Assembly (NCBI RefSeq): GCF_024166365.1
Contig: NC_064841.1
Location: forward strand, 46,247,680 to 46,311,679
Length of the DNA stretch: 64,000 bases
Source of the DNA: Elephas maximus
Lineage: Eukaryota
Direction: 5' to 3'
This document shows positions 32,890 through 44,700 of this stretch, piece after piece. A model generated the notes under the pieces. The model had not been told where the DNA came from, made no database searches, and saw only the letters and a program-made list of their open reading frames with translations. Within the stretch, counting starts at the first letter, position 1; the number at the start of each line of letters is the position of its first letter. A program made the translations under genes and the position numbers.

Positions 32890-33908
32890 TTTTTTAATTG
32901 AACTTTAGATGAAGGTTTACAGAACAAACTAGTTTCTCATCAAACAGTACACACATTGTTGTAAGACATTGGCTAACAAACCCACAACTTGTCAACACTC
33001 TCTCTTCTCGACCCTGGTTCACTATTACCTGCTTTCGTGTTCCATCCTGCCTTCCAGTCCATGCCCTAGGGCTGGTGTGCCCCTTTAGTCTTGTTTTGTT
33101 ATATGGGCCTGTTCAATCTTTGGCTGAAGGGTGAACCTCAGGAGTGACCTCATTACAGAGCTGAAAGGTTGTCCAGGAGCCATACGCTCAGGATGTCTCC
33201 AGTCTCTGTCAGGCCAGCAAATCTGGTCTTTCTTTTTGAGTTAGAATTTGGTTCTACATTTTTCTCCAGCTCTGTCAGGGACCCTGTAAGTGGTGGTAGC
33301 TGGGCACCATCTACTTGTACTGGACTCAGTCTGATGGGGTCCACGGTAGATGTGGTCCATTGGTCCTTTGGATTAATCTTTCACTTGTGTCTTTAGTTTT
33401 CTCCATTCTTCCTTGCTCCCGAAGGGATGAGACCAGTGGAATATCCTAGATGGTGGCTCACAGGCTTTTAAGACTCCAGACTACTCACCAAAGTAGAATG
33501 TAGAACATTTTCTTTATAAACTATGTTATGACAGTTGAGCTAGATGTTCCCCAAGACCATGGTCCCCACAGTCCTCAGCCCAGCAAGTCGGTCCCTCAGG
33601 GAGTTTGGATGTGTCTATGTAGCTATCATGACCTTGCCTTGCACAAGTTGTGTTGGCTTCCCCAGTATTGTGCACTGTCTTTCTCTTCACCAAAGTTGCC
33701 ACCTATCTATTGTCTATTTAGAGTTTGTCCATTCAACCCCTCCACAGGGATCCCTGGTAACCATCAAAGATTGTTTCTTTTTTTGTGTAAAACTTTTCAT
33801 GAGTTTTTACAGTAATGGTCTCATAAAATATTTATCCTTTTGTGATTGACTTATTTCACTCAGAATAATGTCCTCCAGATTTATCCATATTATGAGATGC
33901 ATCACAGA

Positions 33909-36900
33909 TTAGTCGTTCTTTATAGTTGCATAATACTCCATTGTATGTATGTACCACAGTTCGTTTACCCATTCTTCTGTTGATGGACATCTAGATTGTT
34001 TCCATCTTTTTGCTATTGTGAGCAATGCTGCAATGAACAGGGATGTGCATATATCTCTTCGTGTGACTACTTTTATTTCTTTAGGATATATTCCTAGAAC
34101 TGGGATTGCTGGATCATGTGGTATTTCTGTTTCTAACTTTCTAAGGAAGTGCCATATCATTTTCCAAAATGGTTGCATCATTTTGCAGTCTCACCAGCAG
34201 TCCGTAAGAGTTCTGATCTCCCCACAGCCTCTCTAACATTTATTATTTTCTGTTTTATTGATTCATGCCAGTAATGCCAGGGTGAGATAGTATCTCATGG
34301 TGGTTTTGATTTGCGTTTCTCTAATGGCTAGAGATCGTGAGCATTTCCTCATGTGTCTGTTGGCCACTTGAATGTCTTCTTTGGTGAAGTGTCTGTTTGT
34401 TTCCTTTGTCCATTTTTTAATTGGATTATTTGTGTTTTTGTTGTAGAGGTTTTGAATTTTCTTGTAGATTTTAGAGATTATACTTTTGTCTGATTTGTAA
34501 TAGCCAGATTTTTTTCCTAGTCTGTAGCTTCTCTTTTTACTCTTTTGGTGAGATCTTTTGATGAGCGTGTTTAATTTTTAGAAAATCCCAATTATGTACC
34601 TTATCCTCTGTAGCTTGTGTGTTGTTCGTTGTAGTTTGTATCCTGTTAATGGTGTATATTAGGGCCTCTACCTTTGATCCTATTTTTTTCATCTATGAGC
34701 TTCATAGTTTTTGACTTTATATTTAGGTCTTTGATCCATTTTGAGTTAGTTTTTATATATGCTGTGAGGTATGGGTCCTGTTTCATATTTTTGCTGATTG
34801 GCATCCAGTTTTGCCAGCGCCATTTGTTAAAAAGACTGTCTTTTCTCCATTTAATGGACTTTGGGCCCTTGTCGAAGATCAAGTGGCCATAGGTGGGGGG
34901 ATTTACATCTGGGCTCTCAATTCTGTTCCATTGGTCAATGTATCTGTCGTTATACCACTAGCAGGCTGTTTTGACTACTGTAGCTGTACAGTATGTTCTG
35001 AGGTCACATAGTGCAAGTCCTTCTACTTTGTTCTTCTTCAATAGTGCTTTATTTATCTGGGGCTCTTCCCTTTCCATGTAAAGTTAATGATAAGTTTTTA
35101 CCATCTCTTTAAAGAATGTTGTTACTTGGATCGGTATTGCATTGTATTTGTAAATCGCTTTGGGTAGAATTTCCACACTGTTGAGTCTACCTTTCCATGA
35201 GCATGATAAGTTTTTCCATTTATGTAGATCTCTTTTGGTTTCTTGCAGTCGTGTTTTGTAGTTTTTTTTTTTTTTTTTTTGTATAGGTCTTTTACATCCC
35301 TGGTTAGATATACTCCCAAATATTTTATTTTTTTAAGGGCTATTATAAATGATATTGTTTTCCTGATTTCTTTTTCATTGTTCTCTTTATTAGTGTATAG
35401 GAATCCAACTGATATTTTATGTTTACCTTGTATTCTGCAACTCTACTGAATCTTTCTATTAGTTCCAGTAGTTTTCTCATGGAGTCTTTTGGGTTTTGTA
35501 TGTGTAGTGTCATATCATCCACAAATAGGGAGAGTTTAACTTCTTCATTACCAATTTGGATGTCCATTATTTCTGTTTTTTGCCTTACTGCACTAGCTAG
35601 GACTTCCAGCACAATGTTAAATAGGAGTGGTGATAAAGGGCATCCTTGTCTTTTTCCTGTTCTCAAGGGGAATGTGTTCAGCCTCTCTCCATTAAGAATG
35701 ATATGCCACTTGTTTTGCACAGACACTGTTTATTATGTTGAAAAATTTCCCTTCTATACATATTTTATTGAGAGTTTTTATAAGGAATGGTTGTTGGACT
35801 TTGTGGATGCCTTTTCTGCATCAGTTGAGTTGATCATGTGATTCTTTTCTTTCCTTTTATTTATGTGGTGGATTACGTTGATTGATTTTCTAATGTTGAG
35901 CCATCCTTGCATACCTGGTATGAATCTTACATGGTCACAGCGTATTATTTTTTTTGATATGTTGCTGAATTTTATTGGCTAGAATTTTGTTGAGAATTTT
36001 TGCACCTATATTCATGAGAGATAATTGGTCTGTAACTCTTTTTTTGTGGCGTCTTTGCCTGGTTTTGGTGTCAGAGTTATGCTGACTTCATAGAATGTTT
36101 TTGGAAGTATCGCTTCCTTTTCTGTGTTCTGAAACAGTTTAAGTAGTACTGCTGTAAGCTCTTCTCTGAATGTTTGGTATAATTCTCCAACGAAGCCATC
36201 TGGGCCAGGGCTTTTTTTGGTTGGGATTTTTTTTTATTACCTTTTCTACCTCTTCTCTTGTTATGGGTCTGTACAGATTTTCAACATCATTTTGTGTTAA
36301 TTTGGGTAGGTAGTAGTTTTTTGTTTTTTTTTTAGTGTGTCTCTAGAAATTTGTCCATTTCCTCTAGGTTTTCAAATTTGTTGGAGTATTGTTTTTCATA
36401 ATACTCTGTCATGATCCTTTTTATTTCAGTGGGGTCTGTTGTAATATCTGCCATTTCATTTCTTATGTGGGTTATTTGTATTCTTTCAAAGCACCAACTT
36501 CTGGTTTTGTTGGCTCTTTCTATTGTTTTTCTATTCTCTATTTCATTTATTTCTGCTCTGACCTTTATTATTTCCTTTATTCTGGTGGCTGTGGGCTTCT
36601 TTTACTGTTCTCTTTCTATTTGTTCAAGTTGTGTAGACTATGTTTTGATGTTGTCTCTTCTTTTGTGATGTGTGCATCTATTGCTATAAATTGACCCCCG
36701 AGGACTGCCTTTGCTGTGTCCCAAAGGTTTTGGTGTGATGTGTTTTCATTCTCATTTGATTCTAAGAATTTTTTTTTAATTCCATCTTTGATTTCTTCTA
36801 TTACCCTGTGGTTTTTAAGCAGGATGTTATTCAGTTTCCATGTAATTGATTCTTTTTTCTTCATTCTTCCTGTTGTTAAATTTCTACTTTGATGGCATTG

Positions 36901-37601
36901 TGGCCAGGGAAGGTACTTAGTATTATCTCACTGTTTTGGATTTTGTTGAGGGTTGCTCTGTGGCCTAAAATGTGGTCTGGTCTGGAGAATGTTCAGTGCT
37001 TTGGAAAAGAACATGTACTTTTCAGTCGTTGGGTGGAATGTTTTATATATGTCTATGATTTTTTTTTTTTTTTATGATGTCAAGTTGGCTTACTGTGCTT
37101 TTTAGCTCTTCTGTATCTTTGTTGAGTTTCTTTGTAGATGTCTTGTCCTTTACTGGGAGTGGTGTGTTGAAGCTTCCCACTGTTATTGTAGAACTGTCAA
37201 TTTCTCTTTTCAGTGCTGTTAGTTTTATGTATTTTGGAGCCCTGTTTTTGTCATTTGGTGCATAGATGTTTATTATGGTTAAGTCTTCATGATAGATCAT
37301 CCCTTTAATCATTATATAATGCCCTTCTTTGTCTTTTATGGTGGATTTTGTTTAAAGTCTATTTTATCTGAGATTAGTATTGCCACTCCTGCTTTTTTTG
37401 GTAGTTATTTGCTTGATTTTTTTTCAACCCTTTAATTTTTAATAAATTTATGTCTTTGTTTCTAAGGTGTGTCTCTTGTAGACAGCATATTGATGGATCC
37501 TGGTTTTTTATCCATTCTGTCACTCTGTGTCTCTTTATGGGCACATTTAGGCCCTTTACATTCAGTGTAATTATTGATAGGTGTGAGTTTATTGCTGCCA
37601 T
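33909..37601 (-). pseudogene. L1 ORF2 (endonuclease + reverse transcriptase) remnants of the full-length minus-strand L1
   Basis: Six-frame pieces 37374-37601 (LSIITLNVKGLNVPIKRHRVTEWIKNQDPSICCLQETHL), 37043-37312, 36616-36864, 35343-35726, 34646-34882 and 33909-34181 lie in the correct order but in different frames. Confidence 0.8.
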
Positions 37602-37903
37602 TTTGTAGCACTTTTTTTTGTGGTGTTAACATTTTCTTTATTCCTCTTACTCTCCTCTGCTGAGTTTCTTTTTTGGGGATTTCTTTTGTTTTTGTAGATT
37701 TTGTTTTTATTGAGACTTTATGTTTTTCTTCTTTATTTGGTGAGTAGGTTTGTTAACTCTCTTTGTGGTTACCTTGAAATTTATCCTTATTTTCCTATGT
37801 TTGAACCAGTCTATTATTACTTGGTATCGCCCTGCCTTCTTCTCCATTAGGAAGTTCTATACCTATACTGTTTATTCCCTCTTTTATTGTTCTGATGTTG
37901 TTG

Positions 37904-39131
37904 TTATTTACAGATTAACCTCTCTGGTTCCCTGTTGCAATTGTTTTTGTTTGGATAGTCCTTGAGAGTACATTTACTAGGTTGGTATCTGGCTGGTAAA
38001 ATTTTGCATCCTAGATTCAGGCTGTGGTCTGATGTTGTTTGTTCTCCTTTTAATAATTCTTGTAAATTTGGTATGGTTTTTACATATTCCCTCAATTTTT
38101 GTTTATCTGGAAATGTCCTTATTTCACCATCATATTTGAATGAAAGTTTTGCAGGATATATTATTCTTGGTTGGCAATTTTTTTCTTTCAAGGTTTTGTA
38201 TATGTCATCCCATTGCCTTCTTGCCTGCAGTGTTTCTGCCAAATAGTCAGAGCTTAGTCTTATTGTTTCTCCTCTGTATGTGACTTTTTGTTTTCCTTGA
38301 GCTGCTCTCAGGATTTTTCTTTGTCTTTGGTTTAGCAACTGTGATTATGATATACCTTGGTGTTTTTCTTTTGGGGTCTATCTTATATGGGGTTCATTGA
38401 GCTTCTTGGGTGGTCAGCTTTTCATCTTTCATGATATTAGGGACGTTTTCTGTCGACAATTCTTCAGTGATCCTCTCTGTGTTTTCTGTTTTCTCTCCCT
38501 GCTCTGGGCCACCAATCACTCACAAATTTTTCCTTTTGATTGTATCCCACGTAATTCTCAGGGTTTCTTCATTTGTCTTCATTCTTTTTTCTGATTTCTC
38601 CTCAAACAGAGTTGTATCCAACTGTTTGTCCTCCACTTTGCTGATCCTTTCTTACATCATTTCAAACCTGCCCTTCAGTCCTTTGATGACATTGTCCATT
38701 TCTGAAATCTCGTTGTTTATGCTTTGGATGTCTAATTGTTTTTGTATTATTTCTAGTGTGAATTTATTTTGGCATTTTTTTTCCTGAATTCTTCCATTTT
38801 TTAATCATTTTTTCCATGAATATTTCTGCCTTTTCTGTAAATTTGTCTATTTTTTTCCCTCATTTTTGCCTGCTTTTTGCTTTACCTCTTGGATTACTCT
38901 GAATATTAGAGATTTGAATTCCCTGTCAGGTAGTCCCAGTGTGTTTTCTTCTACTGGAAGGTCATCTGGTGTTTTATTTTGGACACCTGCTGGAACCATC
39001 CTGTCCTTTTTTTTAAAATATGTTTTTATATTGTCTGTTGTCTCTGGGACATTCAGTAGTTGTTCATTCATTGATTGTAGATTTGTTTGTTTCACCCTGC
39101 TTTTTTGTTTTATCTTGTTATGTCTGAGCAA
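37904..39131 (-). pseudogene. L1 ORF1 remnants (C-terminal RRM/CTD region and N-terminal coiled-coil)
   Basis: ORFs 37904-38338 and 38847-39131 (...KKKDRMVPAGVQNKTPDDLPVEENTLGLPDREFKSLIFRVIQEVKQK); antisense to the + strand ORFs 38397-38787. Confidence 0.75.
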
Positions 39132-39559
39132 GCAGATTGTGCATTCTTTGTTGTTTGCTCATCTGTAATCACAGTACTTTTCAACTCCTTTTCCAATGGG
39201 CAGGGCCAGTCACTCAGCTATGGGTCAGCTGAAAAGGAGGGGCTGGGATGGGTTGTTTGTGGCACCTGCTAGGGCAGACAGGGTGGGCCAGGAATCAGTG
39301 CTCGGCAGGTTCCGGTAGGCCATGTCCATGCTGCTCAGGGGTGTGATGTTCCACGCAAGGTGCAGTTAGGCAGGAAAGGGGGAAGTTTGTAATGTGTGGA
39401 GCTAATTGGGGTATGGAAAGAGGAGAGAGGATAGAGAAACAAGAGCCAAAAACAAACAAAGGAAAAAAATGAAGAGCACTAAGGGAGCTTTCCATTGGAG
39501 TGGGGAGATGAGAAACCAAGAAAAGCCGAAAGGTAAAATCGTGGAAAAAATGAAAAAGA

Positions 39560-40530
39560 AAAAATAACTAGATAAAAATTTGGAAAAGATAGGAAAAAAA
39601 AGTCCCCAGGAGTCCCACCAGTGGGTCCAGGAAGGCTTGGGAAGTGGCTCCCAGTCTGCACAGTATAGGCTTGCTAGAGGGGTATAGATGTCACACAGCA
39701 CTGGGTATCCAGGAGACAGGAAAAGAAGCTAAGTATAAAGAGGTGAGAACTGAGAAATGAAGAAAGATAGAAAGGGAAAAATAGAAAAGAAAGAAAAAGA
39801 GAAATGCCCCCAGAGATCCCAGCTACATGGCTGCACAGATTGGTGAACTGGCTCCTAAGCCATGCAGTGCAGCTTGGCTAAAAGAGTCTCCCAAGCCATG
39901 AAAAGAAAGAGAAAACAAGAGAAGGGGGGTAAATCCCCAGGGATTCCACTAGTGTGGTGTCCTGGGCCAGGGGAGTGGTTCCCTAGTCAAGCCGGGCTTC
40001 ACAGTCTTTCAAGAGGAAGCAAAGATGGCACACAGAACAAGGTGCTCAAGGGAGGAGGTGGATGTGCTGGGAGGAATGCGAGAAACCAAAAGAAATGGAA
40101 AAAACCAACACCAGCTCAGGGGGCTGCCCAGTGTGGGCAGGGTGAATCCAAGTGGCCTGAGGCCAAAGCAGTTGCCTCCCGGCCAAGAGACTGCAGCATG
40201 TGGGAACAGAGGAGGCCAAAGCGAGGAGGTGAAGAAGGGTGGGAGTTAGGAAAGCATATATCACTCATTACCAGGTGCTCTGTCTCCTGCTGGGAACTTT
40301 GTGAAGCTGCTTTCCCATACTCCCTGTCTGCTGATCGCTGATGTGAGTGGGGTGAATCCAAGCGGCATGGACACTACACTTCCCAGCTGATTGAGCCACC
40401 ACAGCAAGCCAGGAAGCTCAGAGGTAGAGCAGCAGGGAGAGGAGGGGGTGAGAAAGCATGTATCACTGGTTACCAGGTGCTTTGTCTACTGCTGGGAGCT
40501 CCACGAAGCTGCTTTCCTGTGCTGCCTGTC
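39560..40530 (-). repeat. Tandem monomers in the L1 5'UTR (three ~100-110-bp units 39590-40010; ~90-bp pair 40250-40340 / 40440-40530)
   Basis: Repeated AAAGTCCCCAGGAGTCCCACCAGTGGGTCCAGGAAGGCTTGGGAAGTGGCTCCCAGTCTGCACAG, ATGCCCCCAGAGATCCCAGCTACATGGCTGCACAGATTGGTGAACTGGCTCC and AATCCCCAGGGATTCCACTAGTGTGGTGTCCTGGGCCAGGGGAGTGGTTCCC. Second pair: (A/G)AAAGCATATATCACT(C/G)(A/G)TTACCAGGTGCT(C/T)TGTCT(C/A)CTGCTGGGA(A/G)CT. Confidence 0.5.
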
Positions 40531-40769
40531 CACCTATCCCCGATAGGAGTCTGAGATGGCAGATCCTTCCTGTGTTAGCTGATAGGGGCCCTCCACACGT
40601 ATCTCTCCTTGCTCTCTGTCCTCTGTCAGTTTCTTATTCCATTCAGTGTTTGGGTGAGTTCTTTATGTCTTCATTTGACACTTCAGGTTCCAGGAATGAC
40701 GTTTGTCTGTTTTACTTAGTTTATGGGGTCTTTGTTGTGGAGGGACGGCCTATTGTTTCTGTCTTTGGT

Positions 40770-40781
40770 GCCATTTTGGCC
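40770..40781 (-). promoter_or_regulatory. YY1-like motif (rc GGCCAAAATGGC) at the 5' terminus of the full-length minus-strand L1
   Basis: Positional homologue of the motifs at 2628-2640 and 48683-48693. It overlaps the putative target-site duplication, so the exact L1 5' end is ambiguous by a few bp. Confidence 0.35.
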
Positions 40782-40788
40782 TGAAGTC

Positions 40789-41708
40789 ATTATTGAGAGT
40801 TTTTATCAGGTATGTGTGTTGGACTTTGTCAAATGCCTCTTCTGCGTCAATTGAGATGATCATGTGATTCTTTTATTTATGTGGAGAATTACATTGAATA
40901 AATTTCTAATTTTGAATCATCCTTGTATACCTGCTATGAATCCTACTTTGTCGTGGTGTATTTTTTGTGATATAATTCTGAATTCTATTGGCTAGAATTG
41001 TGTTGACAATTTTTGCATCTATATTCTTTAGAGATATTGGTCTCTAATTCTCTTCTTTCATGGTGTCTTTGCTTAGTTTTGGTATTAGGGTTTTGCTGGC
41101 TTCATAGAGTGAATTCAAAAGTATCCCTTCCTTTTCTATGTTATGAAAGAGTTTCAGTAGTGCTGGTGTAAGCTCTTCTCTAAATAATTCAGAGAATTCT
41201 CCAGTGAAGCAATCTGGGCTGGGTTTTTTTTTGGTTGTTGTTTGGAGGTTTTTTAAATTAACTTTTTGATCTCTTCTCTAGTTATGGGTGTGTTCAGATT
41301 CTCAACATCATTTTGCATTAGTTTGGGTAGTTAGTGTGTTTCTAGAAATTTGTCTATTTCCTCTAGGTTTTCAAACTTGGTGGGGTATAGTTTTTTCATA
41401 GTACTCTGTTATGATCCTTTTTATTTCAGTTGGATCTGTTGCAATGTCACTCATTTCATTTCTTATTTGGGTTATTTGTGTCTTCTCCTATATTTCTTTT
41501 TGTCAGTTTGGCCAGTGGTTTGTCGAGTTTGTTGATCTTTTCAAAGAACCAACTTTTAGTTTTGTTGATTCTATTGTTTTTCTATTCACTATTTCATTTA
41601 CTTCTGCTCTGATCTTTATACTTTCCTTTTTTCTTTTGCTGTTCTCTTTGTATTTCCTTGAGTTATGTAGCTAATGTTTTGATTTTGTCCCTTTTTTCTT
41701 TTTTGATG
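40789..41708 (-). mobile_element. Older L1, ORF2 fragment B (region N-terminal to the RT core); continues fragment A across the nested full-length L1
   Basis: 40790-41700 is colinear with 35760-36690 of the full-length L1 at ~80% identity. Its low-coordinate end (rc ...DAEKAFDK...) and the high-coordinate end of fragment A (...TLNKLGI...YIKAIYDKPTANIILNG) are adjacent positions in L1 ORF2. Confidence 0.75.
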
Positions 41709-44700
41709 TAACACAATGTTTTTATAACAGGTCAAATTCTGTTGTCTTAATCTACTTGAATGAAAGCAACTGTATATTGATTTCTCTTGTCTGATTGGGG
41801 GAACTTGTGCATTCTTGCTAGCCAAGGTTACTTTGAAAACCTGAAATGCTTTTGTAGACATGTACTTAAATGAGTAAAGTCTTATTTTCTCTGTGTGAAA
41901 ACTTGTAAGGAATATGCCCACCCATGTAGGACAAAGTACAGTGTGAAAACAAGAAAAACTCTGGTGGCTTCACGTGCTCAAACAGGAGAAAGGGTTCATC
42001 CTTTTCTCAACCAAATAATGTATAAGGAACATTCCTCAGCATATAACACAAAGTGTTTTTTGATAACAAGGAAAATGTGACTTCATCTACTTGAATATGA
42101 GAAACTGTATGTTTGTTTCTCTTTCATGTAATGTCTTAGGAATGTTTGCATCATTGAAGGCCAAGGCTTACTTTGAAAACCTAAAAGCATTTTGACATTC
42201 TCTGCTTGCACAAGCGAAATTCTACATCATTTTCTCTTTCCGTGTAACACAAAGCACAGTTTGAAACCAATAAGCTCTGATGGCTTCGCACACTTGAATG
42301 GCAGAAATTGTCCATTCTTTTCTGAATCAGAGAATGAATAGGGAACATTCCTGTTCATGTAACACAGTGCTTTAATAACTTTCGTCTTAATATTCTTGAA
42401 AGAAAGGAACAATATTGGCTTCTCTTTCTTGCATGGTTTGGGAACTTTTGAGTGTTTTACACCATGCTTTACTTTGAAAACCTAAAGCGCTTTTGCCGTC
42501 ATGTGCTTGAATGAAGAAAACGCTACATTGTTTTCTTCGCAGAATATATAGGGAGCAATTATGTCCGTGTAACACACATGCAGATTGAAAACAATAAAAC
42601 TCTAATGGCTTAATGTACTCAAATGGAAGAAAGTTTACACTGTTTTCTCAATCAGAGAACCTGTAGAGAACATTCCTGTGCATGTAACATACAGTGTTTT
42701 TGGATAACAGGCAAAAGGCTTGTGGCTTCATCTACTTGAGTGAGAAAACTGTATATTTGTTTCTCTTTCATTCAAAATATTGTGAACCTTCATGCCATTG
42801 TAAGTCAAGGTTTACTTTGAAAACCTACAACAATTTTAACCTCCTGGACTTAAATGGGAGAAACTGTACCTTATTTTACCCTCAGAGAATGTCTTGAGCA
42901 TTCCTGTCCTTGTAAAACAAAGTGTGCTTTGGAAATGAGTAAAGCTCTGGGGTCTTCATATACTTGCATGAGAGTATCAGCACAGTCTTTTTGCAGTCAG
43001 GGAATATATATGGAACATTCACATGTAACACGATTGGGCTTTTTTTAAAAAACAGGTAAAATACCTATGACTTCCTCTACTTCGATGAGAGAAACAGTAC
43101 ATTGATATTGGGAATTTAGTGCTCCTGAAAACTGAAGTTTATTTTGAAAAGCTAAAACACTTTGCTGTCATGTACTTGAATGGGAGAAACTCAACACTGT
43201 TTTCTCCTTCAGGGAATGTGTAGGGGACATTCACGTCAGTGTAACACAAAGTAGAGTTTGAAAAGTTGTCAAACCCTAGTGGCTTCACATACTTGAATAG
43301 GAGAAACTGAACATTGTTTTCTCAAGCAGGGAATGTATAAGGAACATTCCCATCCTTGTAAGTGTACTTCGAAAAGAAGTAAAACTCTGGTGGTTTCATG
43401 TACCTGAATTGGAGAAATCGAACATGCTTTTTGAAATCAGAGAATGTATAGGTAACATTCTCGTGCCTAGAACACACACTGTGTTCTTTGATAATAGGTA
43501 AAACCCTTGTGAATTTATCTACTTGAATGAGAGAAACTACATTTTCTTCTCTTTCATTTACTGGGAACTTTTCCATCCTTTTAAATCAAGATTTACTTGG
43601 CAAACCTAAAACTCTTCTGCCATCCTGAACTTGAGTGGAAGAAACTACCTCATTTTCTCCATCAGAAAATATAGTGCGAACTTTCAGGTCCTTGCAACAA
43701 GAGGTGTACTTAGAAAACAAAACGGGTGGCATGCATGTGGAGTGGGGAGGACCTGTACATTATATTCTCATTCACAGAATGTAAAGACAACATCCTCATG
43801 CACATAACACAAAGTGTTTTTATATAACAGGTAAAATGCTTTTGATTTTCTGAACTTGAAATCGAGTTGGGAACTTGGTTTCCCGTTCAAACAACATATT
43901 GGTAACTTTCGATTCTTGTAAGCCAAGTTTTGCTTTGAACACCTAAAACGCCTTTGATGTCATGTACCTGAAATGGAGAAACTGTCCATTGTTTTCTCCT
44001 TTAGAGAATGCAGTGTGAACTTTCCAGTAATGGATACACAAGAGTACTTTGAACACAAACCAATCTTTGATGGCTTCATGGACTGGAACGGGAGGAGCTG
44101 TACTTTCTTTTCTCAATCATAAACTGCAAAGGGAACATTCCAGGGCATGTATCACAAAGCAATTTATACAACAGATAAAACGCTTGTTACTTTATCTACT
44201 TGAAGGAGAGAAACTATTTACTGGTTAATCTTTCCTGCAACGTATTGGGAACATTTGCATTTTTGTAATTCACGGTTTGGTTGAAAACCTAAAATGATTT
44301 TTCTGTCATGTACTCAAACAGGTGAAACTCCACACTGTTTTCTCCTTCAGAGAATATATAGAGAACATCACTTCCGTGTAACACAGGTGCAGCTTGAAAA
44401 CAAGTAAATGACTGGTATCTTCATGTATCTGAGTGGGAGGAACTGTGCATTCTTTTCTCAATCACAGAATACATAGGGCACATTCCCATGCATGTAACTC
44501 AAAGTGACTTTTGATAACAGATGACTTCATCTACTTGAATGAGAGCAACCATACTGGTTTCTCTTTCAGGCAGTGCAGTGGGAGCTTTTGTGCTCCTGTA
44601 GACCAAAGTGTACTTTGAAAAGCTAAAGCATTTTGCCATCACGCACTTCAACTGGAAAACCTCTACACTGTTTTCTCCTTCAGAGAATGTGTAGGGAACA

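Larger units (their letters stand above)
32890..40777 (-). mobile_element. Near full-length L1 (~7.9 kb): 3'UTR 32890-33870, ORF2 33870-37700, ORF1 37750-39170, 5'UTR with tandem monomers 39170-40777; both ORFs carry stops and frameshifts
   Basis: T-run 32890-32895 followed by the rc of the ~1-kb L1 3'UTR, which matches the + strand 3'UTRs at 27840-28820 and 55850-56840. ORF2 pieces include the C-terminus 33909-34181, RT 35343-35726 ([24 protein letters not shown]...FVDDM) and EN 37043-37601. ORF1 37904-38338 (...LQARRQWDDIYKTLKEKNCQPRIIYPAKLSFKYDGEIRTFPDKQKLREYV) and 38847-39131. The 5' end matches the other L1 starts (rc ...GGCCAAAATGGC). Confidence 0.85.

Noticed and set aside
32890-33860. 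Two ~80% identical ~1-kb elements (32890-33860 and 63340-64000) that I first took for a pair of solo LTRs
   Set aside because: They are colinear with the rc of the 3'UTRs of the + strand L1s (27840-28820, 55850-56840) and are each contiguous with an L1 ORF2 C-terminus or poly(A). They are L1 3'UTRs, not LTRs.
39862-40341. 159-aa and 81-aa ORFs, R/K/G-rich, in the region 39860-40360
   Set aside because: They lie within the monomeric 5'UTR of the minus-strand full-length L1. These are open frames over GC-rich promoter monomers with no conserved protein features.
40778-40788. Exact 5' boundary of the nested full-length L1
   Set aside because: This is not a rejection of the element, only of precise boundary placement. 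The putative 11-bp TSD (GGCCTGAAGTC) overlaps the YY1-like motif (rc GGCCAAAATGGC). Either the TSD is shorter (CTGAAGTC versus CTGTGAATC) or the L1 is truncated by a few bases. This cannot be resolved by eye.
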